Source: Candidatus Eiseniibacteriota bacterium
GTDB lineage: Bacteria > Eisenbacteria > RBG-16-71-46
Reading direction: 5' to 3'
Assembly (NCBI GenBank): GCA_963776245.1
Contig: CAVZLN010000003.1
Location: 352,001-416,000, forward strand
DNA: 64,000 nt
Positions 39,729 through 50,217 of the stretch are shown here, piece after piece. How positions within the stretch are numbered: position 1 is the stretch's first letter; each line of letters starts with the position of its first letter. The position numbers and the translations under genes were made by a program. The notes beneath the pieces were generated by a model. It saw nothing but the letters and a program-made list of their open reading frames with translations. It was not told the DNA's origin and did not search any database.

Positions 39729-40422
39729 GGAGACTCGCGACCATGCCGCTGTCCCGGGTGCCCGCGGCGCTGCCGCCGGCGACACCGAGCGTGACGGCGA
39801 GGTGGTCGGACAGATCGAGCGTGACGCCCGCGTTCGCCGTCACCAGCCGCGCGCCCGGGCTCTCGCCGTACCACACCCCCTCCACCTCGCACCATAGGTC
39901 GACCGCGTCGCCCACGGCACGGCTGATGCCGATGGTGGCGGAGCCGTCCAGGAAGCGCCCCTGCGAGACGATGCCTCCCACGCTCTGGACGCTGGCCGAC
40001 GCGCCGAGGAGGGTGGCCGGGTCGAGACGCACCGCGCCCGGGAGGGCCAGCCCGGCCTCGAGCACCCGCGTGTCGGGCGAAGCGGCGGAGCCCGGGATGC
40101 GCGTCCAGAAGACGATCCCGGTCTGCACTCTCGCCTCGTGAGAGGCCGTGAGCCGGGTGCGCAGTTGCAGCGTGGTGGCGCCGAGGCCCTCGGCCGAGAC
40201 GGCATCCGAGGCGGGACCGGGGTCGATGGTCTGGTACTCGCAGGGCTGCAGAAGGAGCGCGACCACGCGGCCAGTGCCGCGACCGCGACCCGCGCCATGG
40301 CCGCCCGCGGCGCGCGCCAGGGCGATCCACGGCAGGACACATGCGGTCATCAGGCCCGCGGTGATGAGGGTGGTGGACACGAGCGCACGGCGGGACGACC
40401 CGATCCGACGGGTGGACGGCAT
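39715..40422 (-). CDS. Putative outer-membrane beta-barrel/transporter-like protein
   Basis: N-terminal hydrophobic segment followed by amphipathic beta-strand pattern; weak resemblance to MetA-pathway phenol-degradation-type barrels. Confidence 0.4.
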   Translation of the reverse strand: MPSTRRIGSSRRALVSTTLITAGLMTACVLPWIALARAAGGHGAGRGRGTGRVVALLLQPCEYQTIDPGPASDAVSAEGLGATTLQLRTRLTASHEARVQTGIVFWTRIPGSAASPDTRVLEAGLALPGAVRLDPATLLGASASVQSVGGIVSQGRFLDGSATIGISRAVGDAVDLWCEVEGVWYGESPGARLVTANAGVTLDLSDHLAVTLGVAGGSAAGTRDSGMVASLRVHS

Positions 40423-40564
40423 GCGCGCAGCCTAGGACTTCGAGTCATGGGGCTCCAGCGGCTCCGCGCCGGCCGGCCGCACCGGAGGAAGGCCGCCCGG
40501 TCCGCCGGCGGCCGGATCGCGCTGCAGGATCGCGCCGCAGGAGCGCGCATCGCGGCCGCGCGGC

Positions 40565-42130
40565 TCAGTCCTCGCGCCCCAGTTCCTCGAGGAAGGCGTC
40601 GCCGTAGCGCTCCAGCTTCACCGGCCCCACGCCCGAGAGCTGCAGCAGCTCCCCGCGGCTGCGCGGGCGGTGTTCGGCCATCTGGCGCAGCACCGCGTCA
40701 CTGAAGACGATGTAGGCGGGCACGCCTTCGGCGTCGGCGAGGCGCTTGCGCAGGGCGCGCAGGCGGTCGAACGCTCCGGCGTCGTACCCGCCGCCCACCG
40801 GCGCGGTGCCGGCACGGCCACCCGCCGCGCCCCGCGCCCCGCGCGTGACGCCGGCCAGCGCGACCAGCGCGTCGATGCCCACGCCGCGGCACACGTCGCA
40901 CGATCGGCCGCAGGGCGCGAGCGCTTCGTCGAAATACCCGACCAGCGCCTGATGGCGGCAGCCGCCGCGGTCCACCATCCGGAACAGCTCGACCGTGCGG
41001 CGCCGTGTCTCCGCCCGCACCTCGGGGTCCTCGACCGTGTCGAGGAAGCGGTCGTAGCCGATGACGTCGGCCCACGAGTAGAGCAGCACGCAATCGCTCG
41101 GCAGGCCGTCGCGCCCGGCGCGGCCGATCTCCTGGTACCACGCCTCGATGCTCTTCGGCATGTCGCGGTGGATGACGAACCTCACGTTGCTCTTGTCGAT
41201 CCCCATGCCGAAGGCGACGGTGGCCACGATCACGTCCGCCTCGTCGCGTGCGAACGCCTCCTGATTGCGATGGCGCTCGTCGTCGCCCAGCCCGGCGTGG
41301 TACGGCAGCGCGCGCACGCCGTGGGCGTTGAGCCATGCCGCCACCTGCTCCACCGAGCGCCGGCTCAGGCAGTACACGATGCCGCTGGCGCCGGCGTGGC
41401 GGCGGATGATGGCGAGCATGTCGCGGCGCGAGTCGCGCTTGTGGCCCTCGGCGTCCTCGCCCTTGCGGTGCGCGGTGATGATGAGGTTGGGGCGGAAGAA
41501 CGAGCCCTTGTAGCCCGCCGGCTTGCGCATGCCGAGCTGGTGGATGATGTCCCCCGTCACGCGCCGCGTCGCGGTCGCGGTGAGCGCCAGCACCGGGATG
41601 TCGCCGAGCTCGCCCTTGAGCCCCGAGAGCCGGCGGTAGGACGGCCTGAAATCGTGCCCCCACTGGCTGATGCAGTGCGCCTCGTCCACCACCACGAGGC
41701 TCGGCCGGCATTCGGCGATGATCCCGCGCAGCCCGGCCTCCAGCCCTTCGGGCGCCACGTACAGGATCTCGACCTCGCCGCGCCGCAGCGCCGCCACGCG
41801 GCGCCTGCGCTCCTCGAAGTCCACCGTCGAGTTGAGCACGGTGGCCCGCACCCCCACGCGCACCAGCGCGTCGACCTGGTCCTTCATGAGCGAGATGAGC
41901 GGCGAGAGCACGAGCACGTGCCCGGCCAGGATCTTGGCCGGGATCTGGAAGGTCAGCGACTTGCCCGCGCCGGTGGGCATCACGCCGATGCAGTCCTGCC
42001 CGGCGAGCACGGCGTCGATGATCTCGCGCTGCCCGGGGCGGAACGTGGGATAGCCGAACACCGTCTCCAGCACCTGCTGGGGGTCCGTGAACCTCAGCGA
42101 ATCGAAGAGCGGGGTGCTGGACTCGGGCAC
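40565..42130 (-). CDS. recQ: RecQ family ATP-dependent DNA helicase with HRDC domain
   Basis: [43 protein letters not shown], Cys Zn site and VPAYIVFSD (HRDC). Confidence 0.93.
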   Translation of the reverse strand: MPESSTPLFDSLRFTDPQQVLETVFGYPTFRPGQREIIDAVLAGQDCIGVMPTGAGKSLTFQIPAKILAGHVLVLSPLISLMKDQVDALVRVGVRATVLNSTVDFEERRRRVAALRRGEVEILYVAPEGLEAGLRGIIAECRPSLVVVDEAHCISQWGHDFRPSYRRLSGLKGELGDIPVLALTATATRRVTGDIIHQLGMRKPAGYKGSFFRPNLIITAHRKGEDAEGHKRDSRRDMLAIIRRHAGASGIVYCLSRRSVEQVAAWLNAHGVRALPYHAGLGDDERHRNQEAFARDEADVIVATVAFGMGIDKSNVRFVIHRDMPKSIEAWYQEIGRAGRDGLPSDCVLLYSWADVIGYDRFLDTVEDPEVRAETRRRTVELFRMVDRGGCRHQALVGYFDEALAPCGRSCDVCRGVGIDALVALAGVTRGARGAAGGRAGTAPVGGGYDAGAFDRLRALRKRLADAEGVPAYIVFSDAVLRQMAEHRPRSRGELLQLSGVGPVKLERYGDAFLEELGRED

Positions 42131-42311
42131 TGGGCCCTCCGTGAGCGGGAGCGGGTGGGGAGCGGGCGGCCCGTGGGGCGACGTGGGCAGCCGGCACGGA
42201 GCGACTCTAGTGGATGCGGCGGCCCGATGCACGGACCGCTCGCGGCGCGGGGCCGGCGGGCGGGTCGCGGGCCGCTCGCGCTCGCGGACGTGGATGCGTA
42301 ATCTGGACCGT

Positions 42312-44471
42312 ATGCACTCCCGACCGCAGTCCCTCACCGGCATCGCTCGGTGCTCCCTCGCGGCGCTCGTCGCGCTGCTCGCGTCGGGCTGCGCGCGGCC
42401 CTCGCACCCGGGAGCGAGCGTGGGCGAGGCCGCGCGGCTCCCGGAGCACTACGCCCACTCCATCACGGCGCTCGGCCACCCCGGCGCGTACCGCGCGTTC
42501 CAGGTCGGGCACGGCAGCGTGGTGGGCACCGGCGAATGCGCACTCGAATGGCGACTCGACGGCAACGGCGACGAGGTGCGGACGTCGCCGGTGTGGTTCG
42601 AGCGGGATGGCGTGCCGGTCGCCCATTGGACCATGACCGCGCCCGGCCGGCGGGTCTCCTTCGAGGCCGCCGCCGTCCCGAGCGGAGCGCTCGGTGACAC
42701 CAGCCTCGTGTGCGCGGTGCGCGCCACCGCCGAGTGCGTGGGCGCGGCGACCGTCGAGGTGGGGCTGGAGGCGCGCGTGCGCAGCCTGCCCGACGGACCT
42801 CATTCGGTGCCCTGGGACGCTCCCGAGCGCTGGCGCTTCGACGAGGCATGGCGCGGTCACGACGCGCTGCGCGATGGCCGCGTGGTCGCGGTGGTGGACC
42901 GGTCGGCCCGGATCGCGGCGGGGGCGCCGACGCCGGCGCGTCCGTCCCGCGTCGAGGGCCCGGGGGTGGGCTCCCTGATCGCGCGCTGTGAAGCTCGCCT
43001 CGCGCCCGGCGAGCGCCGCTCGTGGGACTTCTGGATCCCGCTGTACCCGCTGGGCCCCCGTGATCGCAGCCCCGGGCGCCAGGCCGGGCCCGATCGCGTG
43101 ATCCCGCGGGCCAGGCAATGGTGGCGCGAGACGCTCGGGCGCGCGACCGTGTTCCAGACCCCCGACACGCTCGCGAACCTCGCCTGGCGCGCCGCGATCG
43201 TGACCCTGGTGCAGTGCCAGCAGCGCGACGCCGGGCGCTGGGTGCCGATCGGCAATCCGTTCCAGTATCGCGACGTGTGGATCCGCGACGGCGCACGCGT
43301 GGTGCGCGCGCTGGCGGTCGCGGGGCTGGTGGAGTACGCGCGCGACGACGCACGGACACTCACCGAATTCCAGCTCCCGTGTGGCGCGCTGCTCTCCCAG
43401 CGCGGCCAGCTCGATGGCACCGGGGAGGCGCTGTGGGCGTTCGAGCAGGCGAGCGCGCTCACGGGCGACGCCGCGCTCGCGCGCGAGCTGCTGCCGGTGG
43501 CGCAGCGCGGTCTCGACTGGATCGCTCGCCAGCGCGCGGCCACCACCACCCTGGGTCTGCCCGGGGCGGGCCTGCTGCCCTACGGTGACCCGCGGGACGG
43601 CGAGCTGGTGGTGGCCCAGCTGATCGGCAACGACGCCTGGGGGATCGCCGGCTGCGACGCGGTGGCCTCCCTGGCGCGCCGGGCCGGGGACGACGCGCTC
43701 GCCGCGCGCGCGGCCCGTCAGGCCGCCGACTACCGGGCCACGTTCGTCGCCGCGCTCGCGCGCGTCCGGCATCCGGATCTTCCACCCTCGTTCGCGGGCC
43801 CCGGGCGCGACTGGGGCAACACCTCGGTCGGCTATCCCACCCGCGCGCTCCCCGTCGGCGATCGGCGTCTGGCGGCGCTCGCGCAGCGCATGCTGGCCCG
43901 CGGGGGGGACACCGGACTCACCTGCTACGGGCCCGACGACTCCCTGCACACCTACAACGGGTCCGACCTCGCGCAGTGGGCGCTGCTGGCCGGCCGCCCC
44001 GCGCTCGCGCGCGGCTGGCTGGCCGGCGTGCTCGCCCACAGCAGCAGCACGCTCGGCCAGGCCGAGATCTTCGATCGTCGTGACGGCGGTTTCGGCATCA
44101 ATCTCCCGCCCCACTCGACCGCCGCGGCCACCCTGGTGGACCTGATGCGCAATCTGGTGCTCAGCGATCTCGGCGACACGCTCGAGCTCGCGCTCGGCGC
44201 GGACACCACGTGGTGGCGCGGCACTCGCCTCGAGCGGGCACCCACTCGGTTCGGGGTCACGACGGTGTCGCTCGAACGGCCGGCCTCCGACCGGCTGCGC
44301 CTGCGTCTCGAGCCGCTCCCGGCGCCATTGCGCGTGCGTGTCCCCGATGGCCTGCGCGCGACCGCCGCGCTCTCGCCCGGGGCGCGAGTGATCTCGGACG
44401 CCTGGGTGGAGGCACCACCGCGCGCGACCGAAGTGACGTTCACGGTCGCCGATCGGGTCCCGCCGCGATGA
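42312..44471 (+). CDS. Lipoprotein with six-hairpin (alpha/alpha)6 glycoside-hydrolase-like domain
   Basis: Lipobox [24 protein letters not shown] and GLLP motifs; start uncertain (42294 or 42312). Confidence 0.55.
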   Translation: MHSRPQSLTGIARCSLAALVALLASGCARPSHPGASVGEAARLPEHYAHSITALGHPGAYRAFQVGHGSVVGTGECALEWRLDGNGDEVRTSPVWFERDGVPVAHWTMTAPGRRVSFEAAAVPSGALGDTSLVCAVRATAECVGAATVEVGLEARVRSLPDGPHSVPWDAPERWRFDEAWRGHDALRDGRVVAVVDRSARIAAGAPTPARPSRVEGPGVGSLIARCEARLAPGERRSWDFWIPLYPLGPRDRSPGRQAGPDRVIPRARQWWRETLGRATVFQTPDTLANLAWRAAIVTLVQCQQRDAGRWVPIGNPFQYRDVWIRDGARVVRALAVAGLVEYARDDARTLTEFQLPCGALLSQRGQLDGTGEALWAFEQASALTGDAALARELLPVAQRGLDWIARQRAATTTLGLPGAGLLPYGDPRDGELVVAQLIGNDAWGIAGCDAVASLARRAGDDALAARAARQAADYRATFVAALARVRHPDLPPSFAGPGRDWGNTSVGYPTRALPVGDRRLAALAQRMLARGGDTGLTCYGPDDSLHTYNGSDLAQWALLAGRPALARGWLAGVLAHSSSTLGQAEIFDRRDGGFGINLPPHSTAAATLVDLMRNLVLSDLGDTLELALGADTTWWRGTRLERAPTRFGVTTVSLERPASDRLRLRLEPLPAPLRVRVPDGLRATAALSPGARVISDAWVEAPPRATEVTFTVADRVPPR

Positions 44472-45127
44472 GTGCCCGCGAGCGCGGGCGCCCCCGTCGG
44501 ACGCGCGCGACCGGACGAGCGCCGGCGCCGCGCGCGCCCAGGCGCCGCGCGCGGCCGCTGCGGAGATGGGTGGGCGCGGGCGCCGCGGCCGTGCTCGCGG
44601 GCGCGGTGCTGGCGTGGTGGCTGCTGCCCCCGCGACGCGAGGCGCCTCGCGATCCACGAGCGACGGTGCCCTCCTCCGCCGCGGCCGAGAGCGCCACCCG
44701 CGCGATCGCGGCCGAGGACTGGGCGGCGTCTCTCTACTGGGCCGACCTGCTGGCCGCGCGCGAACCGCGGAACTCCCGCCTGATGCTGAACCTCGCCATG
44801 GCGTCCAACAACTTCGCCTTCGGGGGCCACCGGTCCGCGCGCGCGCGCGACGCGACCCGCTCGAGCCTGGAGCGCGCGCGCATCGAGCGACGCGCCTTCG
44901 CACTGCTCGACTCGGCGGCGGCGCTCACGGGTGACGCGAGGGAATCGGCGTACATCCTGGAGTGGCGCGGGCAGCTCTACGAGGTCCTCGGGCTGCCCCT
45001 CGAGGCCCTCGTGGTGTACGGCGGCGCGCTCGAGCGCTTCCCCGACTCTCCCGAAGCGCGGACTCGGATGGGCCTGCTCTATTCGGCGCTCGATGTGCCC
45101 CCCGCCCGAGGCGGGGCCCGGCCGTGA
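44468..45127 (+). CDS. Membrane-anchored TPR-like protein (paralog A)
   Basis: Arg-rich N-terminus, one TM, helical repeats with WRGQLYEVLGLP..AL..Y. Confidence 0.65.
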   Translation: MSARERGRPRRTRATGRAPAPRAPRRRARPLRRWVGAGAAAVLAGAVLAWWLLPPRREAPRDPRATVPSSAAAESATRAIAAEDWAASLYWADLLAAREPRNSRLMLNLAMASNNFAFGGHRSARARDATRSSLERARIERRAFALLDSAAALTGDARESAYILEWRGQLYEVLGLPLEALVVYGGALERFPDSPEARTRMGLLYSALDVPPARGGARP

Positions 45128-45783
45128 AGCGACGCGCCCCGGTGGCGGTGGTCCCGCCACCTCGGAGGCCGCGGGGCAGGACGCCGGCCCGCGCGCACGC
45201 GTCCCGGGGCCGGGGGCGCGCCGCGCTGCTGGCGCTCGCCTTCCTGGTGGCTCTGGGCACGCTCGCCGGGTGGTGGTTCACCCGTCCTCGCGCGCGGCCC
45301 GCGCCGGTCGGCGACCCGAGCACGACCCGCGCGGCGCTGCTCGAGAGCCTTCAGGTGGCGGACGCCGCGCAGGACTGGGAGCGCCAGCTGGTGCTGACGC
45401 GACTGCTGGTGGATCGCGAGCCCCGCAGCTCGCCGCTGCTGCTCGGCCTCGGTCTGGCATGGAACAACTACGCGTGGGTCGGGGGGCGCTACGCGCGCGC
45501 CCGCACCTCCACTCGGACGACCCTCGAGCGCATGCGGATCGAGCGTTGGGCGTTCCAGCTGCTGGACTCCGCGGCGACCGTGGCCCGCACCCCCGAGGGG
45601 TTGACGCTGGTGCAGGTGTGGCGGGGCCAGATGTACGAGAACCTCGGGCTGCCGGCCGACGCTCTGGCGCTCTATCAGAGCGCGCTCGGCCGCTCGCCCG
45701 GGGACGCCAAGGCCAGGGAGCGCACGAGCTTCGTGATGAAGCAGTTCCACGACCCGGTCGCGCCCCCGGGCGCGCGCCCCTGA
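45124..45783 (+). CDS. Membrane-anchored TPR-like protein (paralog B)
   Basis: Same architecture as paralog A, with WRGQMYENLGLP..AL..Y; GTGA overlap. Confidence 0.65.
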   Translation: MKRRAPVAVVPPPRRPRGRTPARAHASRGRGRAALLALAFLVALGTLAGWWFTRPRARPAPVGDPSTTRAALLESLQVADAAQDWERQLVLTRLLVDREPRSSPLLLGLGLAWNNYAWVGGRYARARTSTRTTLERMRIERWAFQLLDSAATVARTPEGLTLVQVWRGQMYENLGLPADALALYQSALGRSPGDAKARERTSFVMKQFHDPVAPPGARP

Positions 45784-45844
45784 GACCGGCGCCGCGGGTC
45801 GCCGCGGGAACGGATGTTGGGTGGGGGCCAGGAGCCGGGACAGG

Positions 45845-46291
45845 TCAGCGGCTGATGCGCAGCTCGCGGCCGGTCTCGAGCAGGGTCTTGAGCCCCGAGA
45901 GCACCGGGTTCCAGCCGTGCATCACCTCTCGCCACGTCGCGGTCTCACCCTCGAACTCGTCGTGCACGAGCGTGAGTCGGCAGGTCTCGCCGAGCGCGTC
46001 GATCTCCCACGTCACGCGCGACGGCCGGTCGCGGCAGGCCTCGGCGTGGTGGAGCATCGAGAACGAATGCACCAGCCGCGCCGGCGGCTCGCACTCGAGC
46101 ACCACGCCCTCGAGCGCCGCGGTGCCGTCGGCCTCGCGCCACGCGATGGGGCCGCCCACCGCGAGCGTGCTCTCGATCGCGGTCCCATAGAAGTAGCGCA
46201 CCGATTGGACCGGGTCGACGATCGCCTGCCACAGGCGTTCGGGGGTGGTCCGGATATAGACCTCCCACACGTGGCGCGGGCGGGACGTCAT
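45845..46291 (-). CDS. SRPBCC/AHSA1 domain protein
   Basis: YIRTTPERLWQAI.DP, SRVTWEI and GW..VLSGLKTLLETG motifs. Confidence 0.85.
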   Translation of the reverse strand: MTSRPRHVWEVYIRTTPERLWQAIVDPVQSVRYFYGTAIESTLAVGGPIAWREADGTAALEGVVLECEPPARLVHSFSMLHHAEACRDRPSRVTWEIDALGETCRLTLVHDEFEGETATWREVMHGWNPVLSGLKTLLETGRELRISR

Positions 46292-46692
46292 CCTTCGCCC
46301 TCGAGCGGCAGTCCGCGCGCGACCCAGCCCCGGATGCCCTCCGCCAGCGACCACACCTCGGTGTAGCCCATGCTCTGCAGGTTGGCGGCCGCGAGCACGC
46401 TGCGGTAGCCCCCTCCGCACTGGAGCACCAGCGGCACGGCACGGTCGGGCCACCGCGCCTCGATGTCGCGCTCGATCACGCCGCGCCCGAGGTGCAGTGC
46501 GCCCGGGATGCGCGTGGCATCCCACTCGTGGTCCTCGCGTACGTCCACGAGCACCAGGAGCTCGCCGGCGGCACGGCGCGAGCGGTACTCCTCGATCGTC
46601 ATCTCGCGCACCCGCGCACGCATGTCCTCCACCAGGCGCTCGAAGGCCGGGCCGTGGCGGTGCGCAGGCTGGGGGTCGTCCGGCAGGCTCAT
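46288..46692 (-). CDS. Rhodanese-like sulfurtransferase domain protein
   Basis: LVDVRE..EW, IPGA.H, CGGGYRS and GI.GW motifs. Confidence 0.9.
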   Translation of the reverse strand: MSLPDDPQPAHRHGPAFERLVEDMRARVREMTIEEYRSRRAAGELLVLVDVREDHEWDATRIPGALHLGRGVIERDIEARWPDRAVPLVLQCGGGYRSVLAAANLQSMGYTEVWSLAEGIRGWVARGLPLEGEG

Positions 46693-46699
46693 GGCGCCC

Positions 46700-47842
46700 C
46701 TAGGCCGCGGGTGCCGGCGCGGGGTCCGCGGCCGCAGCGTATTCCCGCACCACGCGGTAGAGCGCGTCGCGCTGCACCGGCACCTTGCCGGCCTCGCGGA
46801 TGGTCTGGACCATGCCTGCTTCCGCCACGCCCACCGGGCTGCGCGCCAGCGCGGCGTGGGCGATCTTCTCCACCCCGATGGTGCCGTCCAGATCGCTGGC
46901 GCCGAAGTTGAGCGCCACGCTGGCGGTGTCCTGACCGAGCATGACCCAGTAGGACTTCACGTGGGGCACGTTGTCGAACACCAGCCGCGAGAGGGCGATG
47001 GTCTTGAGGTCCTCGATCGCGGACGCCTGCCGGCGCACCAGCCCGGTGGTGCCGGGCTGGAACGCGAGCGGGATGAAGGCGAAGAACCCGGGTGCCTGGT
47101 CCTCGAGGTCCCGCAGGTCGATCATGTGCTGCACCCGCTCGGCGCGCGTTTCGATATGACCGTAGAGCAGCGTGGCGTTCGACGGGATCCCCATGGAATG
47201 GGCGGCCGCGTGGATCTCGAGCCAGCGCCGGGCGCCGATCTTCTGGGGGAACAACTCGCGCCGCACGCGCTCGCTGAACACCTCCGCGCCGCCGCCGGGC
47301 AGCGCGTCCAGCCCCACCCGGCGCAGCTGCTCCAGCACCCATTCCGCGGGCTGACGGGTGAGCCGGCAGAAGAAGTCGATCTCGACCGCGGTATAGGCCT
47401 TCACGCTCAGCCCGGGCTTCTTCTCCTTGACCCAGCGGATGACGTGCAGGTAGTCGTCGAAGCGCCACTTGTCGTGGAGACCCCCGACGATGTGGATCTC
47501 GTGGATGTCGGGATCCACATGGGCGAGCACCTCGTCCCGTCCCATCGTGTACGCGCCCGGGGCGCCGGGCTTCTTGGCGTAATCGCAGAAACGGCACGAC
47601 AACACGCACACGTTGGTGGGATTGAGCTGGCGGTTCACGCTGAAGTACACGCGCTCGCCGTGGCGGTCGCGCGCCACCGCGTCGGCGAGGCGCCCGAGCT
47701 CCACGACGTTCGCGTCGAACAGCCGGACGCCCTGCTCCTGGGTGATGCGTCCGCCCTCGAGGAGCACGTGTCGCGCGACGTCGACCAGCGGGTCCCGCAG
47801 GTGGAGCGCGCGAACGTGGTCGAGGGAGGTGGCTCGGGGCAT
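46700..47842 (-). CDS. mqnE: Aminofutalosine synthase (radical SAM)
   Basis: NPTNVCVLSCRFC, EIHIVGG, KAYTAVEI, NATLLYGHIET, HVKSYW and DLDGTI..EKI.H motifs. Confidence 0.9.
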   Translation of the reverse strand: MPRATSLDHVRALHLRDPLVDVARHVLLEGGRITQEQGVRLFDANVVELGRLADAVARDRHGERVYFSVNRQLNPTNVCVLSCRFCDYAKKPGAPGAYTMGRDEVLAHVDPDIHEIHIVGGLHDKWRFDDYLHVIRWVKEKKPGLSVKAYTAVEIDFFCRLTRQPAEWVLEQLRRVGLDALPGGGAEVFSERVRRELFPQKIGARRWLEIHAAAHSMGIPSNATLLYGHIETRAERVQHMIDLRDLEDQAPGFFAFIPLAFQPGTTGLVRRQASAIEDLKTIALSRLVFDNVPHVKSYWVMLGQDTASVALNFGASDLDGTIGVEKIAHAALARSPVGVAEAGMVQTIREAGKVPVQRDALYRVVREYAAAADPAPAPAA

Positions 47843-47897
47843 GGGGTCTCCGTGGGTGCTCGGAACGGTCGCGGGAGTATAGCGATTCGGGAGTGGT

Positions 47898-50015
47898 CTA
47901 GCGCAGTAGGACGATCCGGCGGGTCAGCGCGATCGTGCCGGAGCGCAGGTCGACGAAGTACACCCCGGGGCCGACCGGCATCCCCGCGTCGTCGCGCCCG
48001 TCCCAGCCGATCGTGCGGGTTCCGCCCGGGAGCTCGTACGGCGCGCCGAGGGTGCGGACCGCGCGCCCGGTGAGGTCCAGGATCCGGATCGAGGCGAGCG
48101 CCGGGCCCGGCGTCTCGATCACCAGCACGACCGAGCCCGTGCTCGGATTCGGCCGGGGTGGGAGCAGGCGGAGCGCGACCCTCTCGGGGGCGGGCGTTGC
48201 GGGGACGCCGACGGTGAGGGTCGGCCGGGGTCCGTACCAGGGCACCGGCCGGCCGCGCTCGTAGCACCCCAGGTCCGGCGCGGCTCCGGTGTAGCCGTCG
48301 TTGATGTTGGGCAGCACCTGGCCCCGGTCCACCGCGACGCTGCCCGCCTTGAGCTGGAGATCGATGTCCGAGGGCGAGTAGGGCGTGCCGTAGCCCTGCG
48401 CCCAGTCCCACTCGGGATGTACCGGGTAGGAGGCCGTGACGAACTCGCCGATGGTGACTTCGATCCCGTGCTCCTCCTGCCCGGCGCCGGCGAAGAACGC
48501 GGGGAGATTCGCATACGTCCCGCTGTTGTACCGGACGAGGTTCGCCTGCTGCCGGTTGTACCCGTCGTAGTCCAGGTCGCCGCGCTGGCCCCCGGCGACG
48601 TACAGGGTGTAGAGGTTCGGGCGCGCGCCGAGCAGCAGGTTGTTGCGATTCCGCACGTGGTGCCAGAGGCCGCTCTCGTACCAGCCCGACTTGGAACAGA
48701 TGTTGGTGTTGTGGAACGCGAGCATGCCGCTCGTCTCCTGCGGATCGAGGGCGCCGAAGTAGGCGGTCTCCTGGTGGTACTTGAAGGGGTCGATCCGCGT
48801 GTTGTACATCTCGTTGTAGAGGAAGTAGCACGGCCCGCCGAAACTGGGCTGGCAGCTCACCGCGCTTCCCGAGTTGAGGAAACGGTTGCGGAACACGCGG
48901 ACATTCTGGTGGATCGCGTCGGTCTGGCACGCGTCGTCGCTCGCGCGGTCCACGAGGTTGTTGTAGATGTCCACGTTGAAGGTGCGCAGGCCCGTCCCGT
49001 CGCTCTCGCCCGCCTGCAGCCCGTCCCAGGACTCCACCACCCGGTTGTAGCAGATGATGATGCCGTTCCCCGTGACCGCGACGCCGTAGCCGCCGGTGCC
49101 GTAGGTCCCCGTCCGGCCGATGGCCGCCCAGTCACCCGGCATCAGGAACGTGTTGTCGGCGATGAACAGATCGCGGACCGCGTCGCCGAGGATCCCCCGG
49201 GTGGACACCAGCTGGTGGACGGGCTGGATGATGCAACCGCGGATCACGACGCCGACGGAGCCGCCGACCAGCACGGGCCGCAGACAGTTGGCGAGGGTCA
49301 TGCTCTCGATGAAGACGTACTGGCGGGCGGTGAGATCGACGCAGTTGGAAGTGCCACTCGTCCCGCCGTTCCCGTCCAGGATCACCGTGGCCGGATCCGC
49401 GCCGAGGTAGACGATCGGGTCCGTGGCGGTGCCGTCGTGCACCGGGACGAACTTGGTCCCGTAGGTGCCGGGCTGGAGGATGAAGATGTCGCCCGGGGCC
49501 GCCGCGGCGTCAGCGGCCGCCAGGCCCTTGAACGGATCCGCCGGCGTGCCCGTCCCCCCGCCGCTCCCGGGGATCACGTGGCGCACCCGGCCGTTCGCGG
49601 CGGGACGCGGTTCGGCGCGCGTGACGACCGTCACGATCTGCTGGGCGTAGCCACCGTCGGGATCGCTGAGGGTCAGCCGGACGTCGTATGCGGTGGCGGG
49701 CTCGAGGAAGAAGATGCTCCCGGCCAGCAGGTTGCCGGGGTCCTCGCCGTGGTGCCAGAGGCCGGTCTCCACGCGCCACAGGGGCTGGGCGCTGCGCCAG
49801 ACGGACTCGCCCGACTTGCGATACTCCACCCCGACCGCGCAGTCGAGGTCGTCGTCGCCGGTGATCCGCCACTCGAATCCGGCACACTCGATGGTGGTGT
49901 ACGAGGTGATCGCCCCCGGCACGGTCGAGTTGGCGGCGGCCGCCGTCCCCGTCCACCCGGCCACCAGGCCGGCGGCCAGCAGCGCGGGGACCGTCCAGGT
50001 TCTCTCTCGGCGCAT
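47898..50015 (-). CDS. Secreted parallel beta-helix (pectin-lyase-like) protein with FlgD-Ig C-terminal domain
   Basis: Signal peptide; FN3-like N-terminus, A.PGD...L.PGTY, Asn-ladder repeats, APDLGCYE and PNPS..D..GR.V..WDG.D..G..V..GVYF. Confidence 0.75.
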   Translation of the reverse strand: MRRERTWTVPALLAAGLVAGWTGTAAAANSTVPGAITSYTTIECAGFEWRITGDDDLDCAVGVEYRKSGESVWRSAQPLWRVETGLWHHGEDPGNLLAGSIFFLEPATAYDVRLTLSDPDGGYAQQIVTVVTRAEPRPAANGRVRHVIPGSGGGTGTPADPFKGLAAADAAAAPGDIFILQPGTYGTKFVPVHDGTATDPIVYLGADPATVILDGNGGTSGTSNCVDLTARQYVFIESMTLANCLRPVLVGGSVGVVIRGCIIQPVHQLVSTRGILGDAVRDLFIADNTFLMPGDWAAIGRTGTYGTGGYGVAVTGNGIIICYNRVVESWDGLQAGESDGTGLRTFNVDIYNNLVDRASDDACQTDAIHQNVRVFRNRFLNSGSAVSCQPSFGGPCYFLYNEMYNTRIDPFKYHQETAYFGALDPQETSGMLAFHNTNICSKSGWYESGLWHHVRNRNNLLLGARPNLYTLYVAGGQRGDLDYDGYNRQQANLVRYNSGTYANLPAFFAGAGQEEHGIEVTIGEFVTASYPVHPEWDWAQGYGTPYSPSDIDLQLKAGSVAVDRGQVLPNINDGYTGAAPDLGCYERGRPVPWYGPRPTLTVGVPATPAPERVALRLLPPRPNPSTGSVVLVIETPGPALASIRILDLTGRAVRTLGAPYELPGGTRTIGWDGRDDAGMPVGPGVYFVDLRSGTIALTRRIVLLR

Positions 50016-50217
50016 GTGCCGTTCCCTTCCTCAAGCGCGGCGTGCCGTGCCAGCGCTTGCAGCGCTTCCAGCACTCCCGCGGCGCGCATCGCGCCAGGTC
50101 TCCCCGCGGCCCAACCGCCGGAGACTAGCATCGATCCGTCGGATCGGCCGACCGGCCCGGGGCGGAGCACGGTCATGCCGCGGGTCCCGCGCTCCCGGCG
50201 TGGCCGGGGACCGCTCG

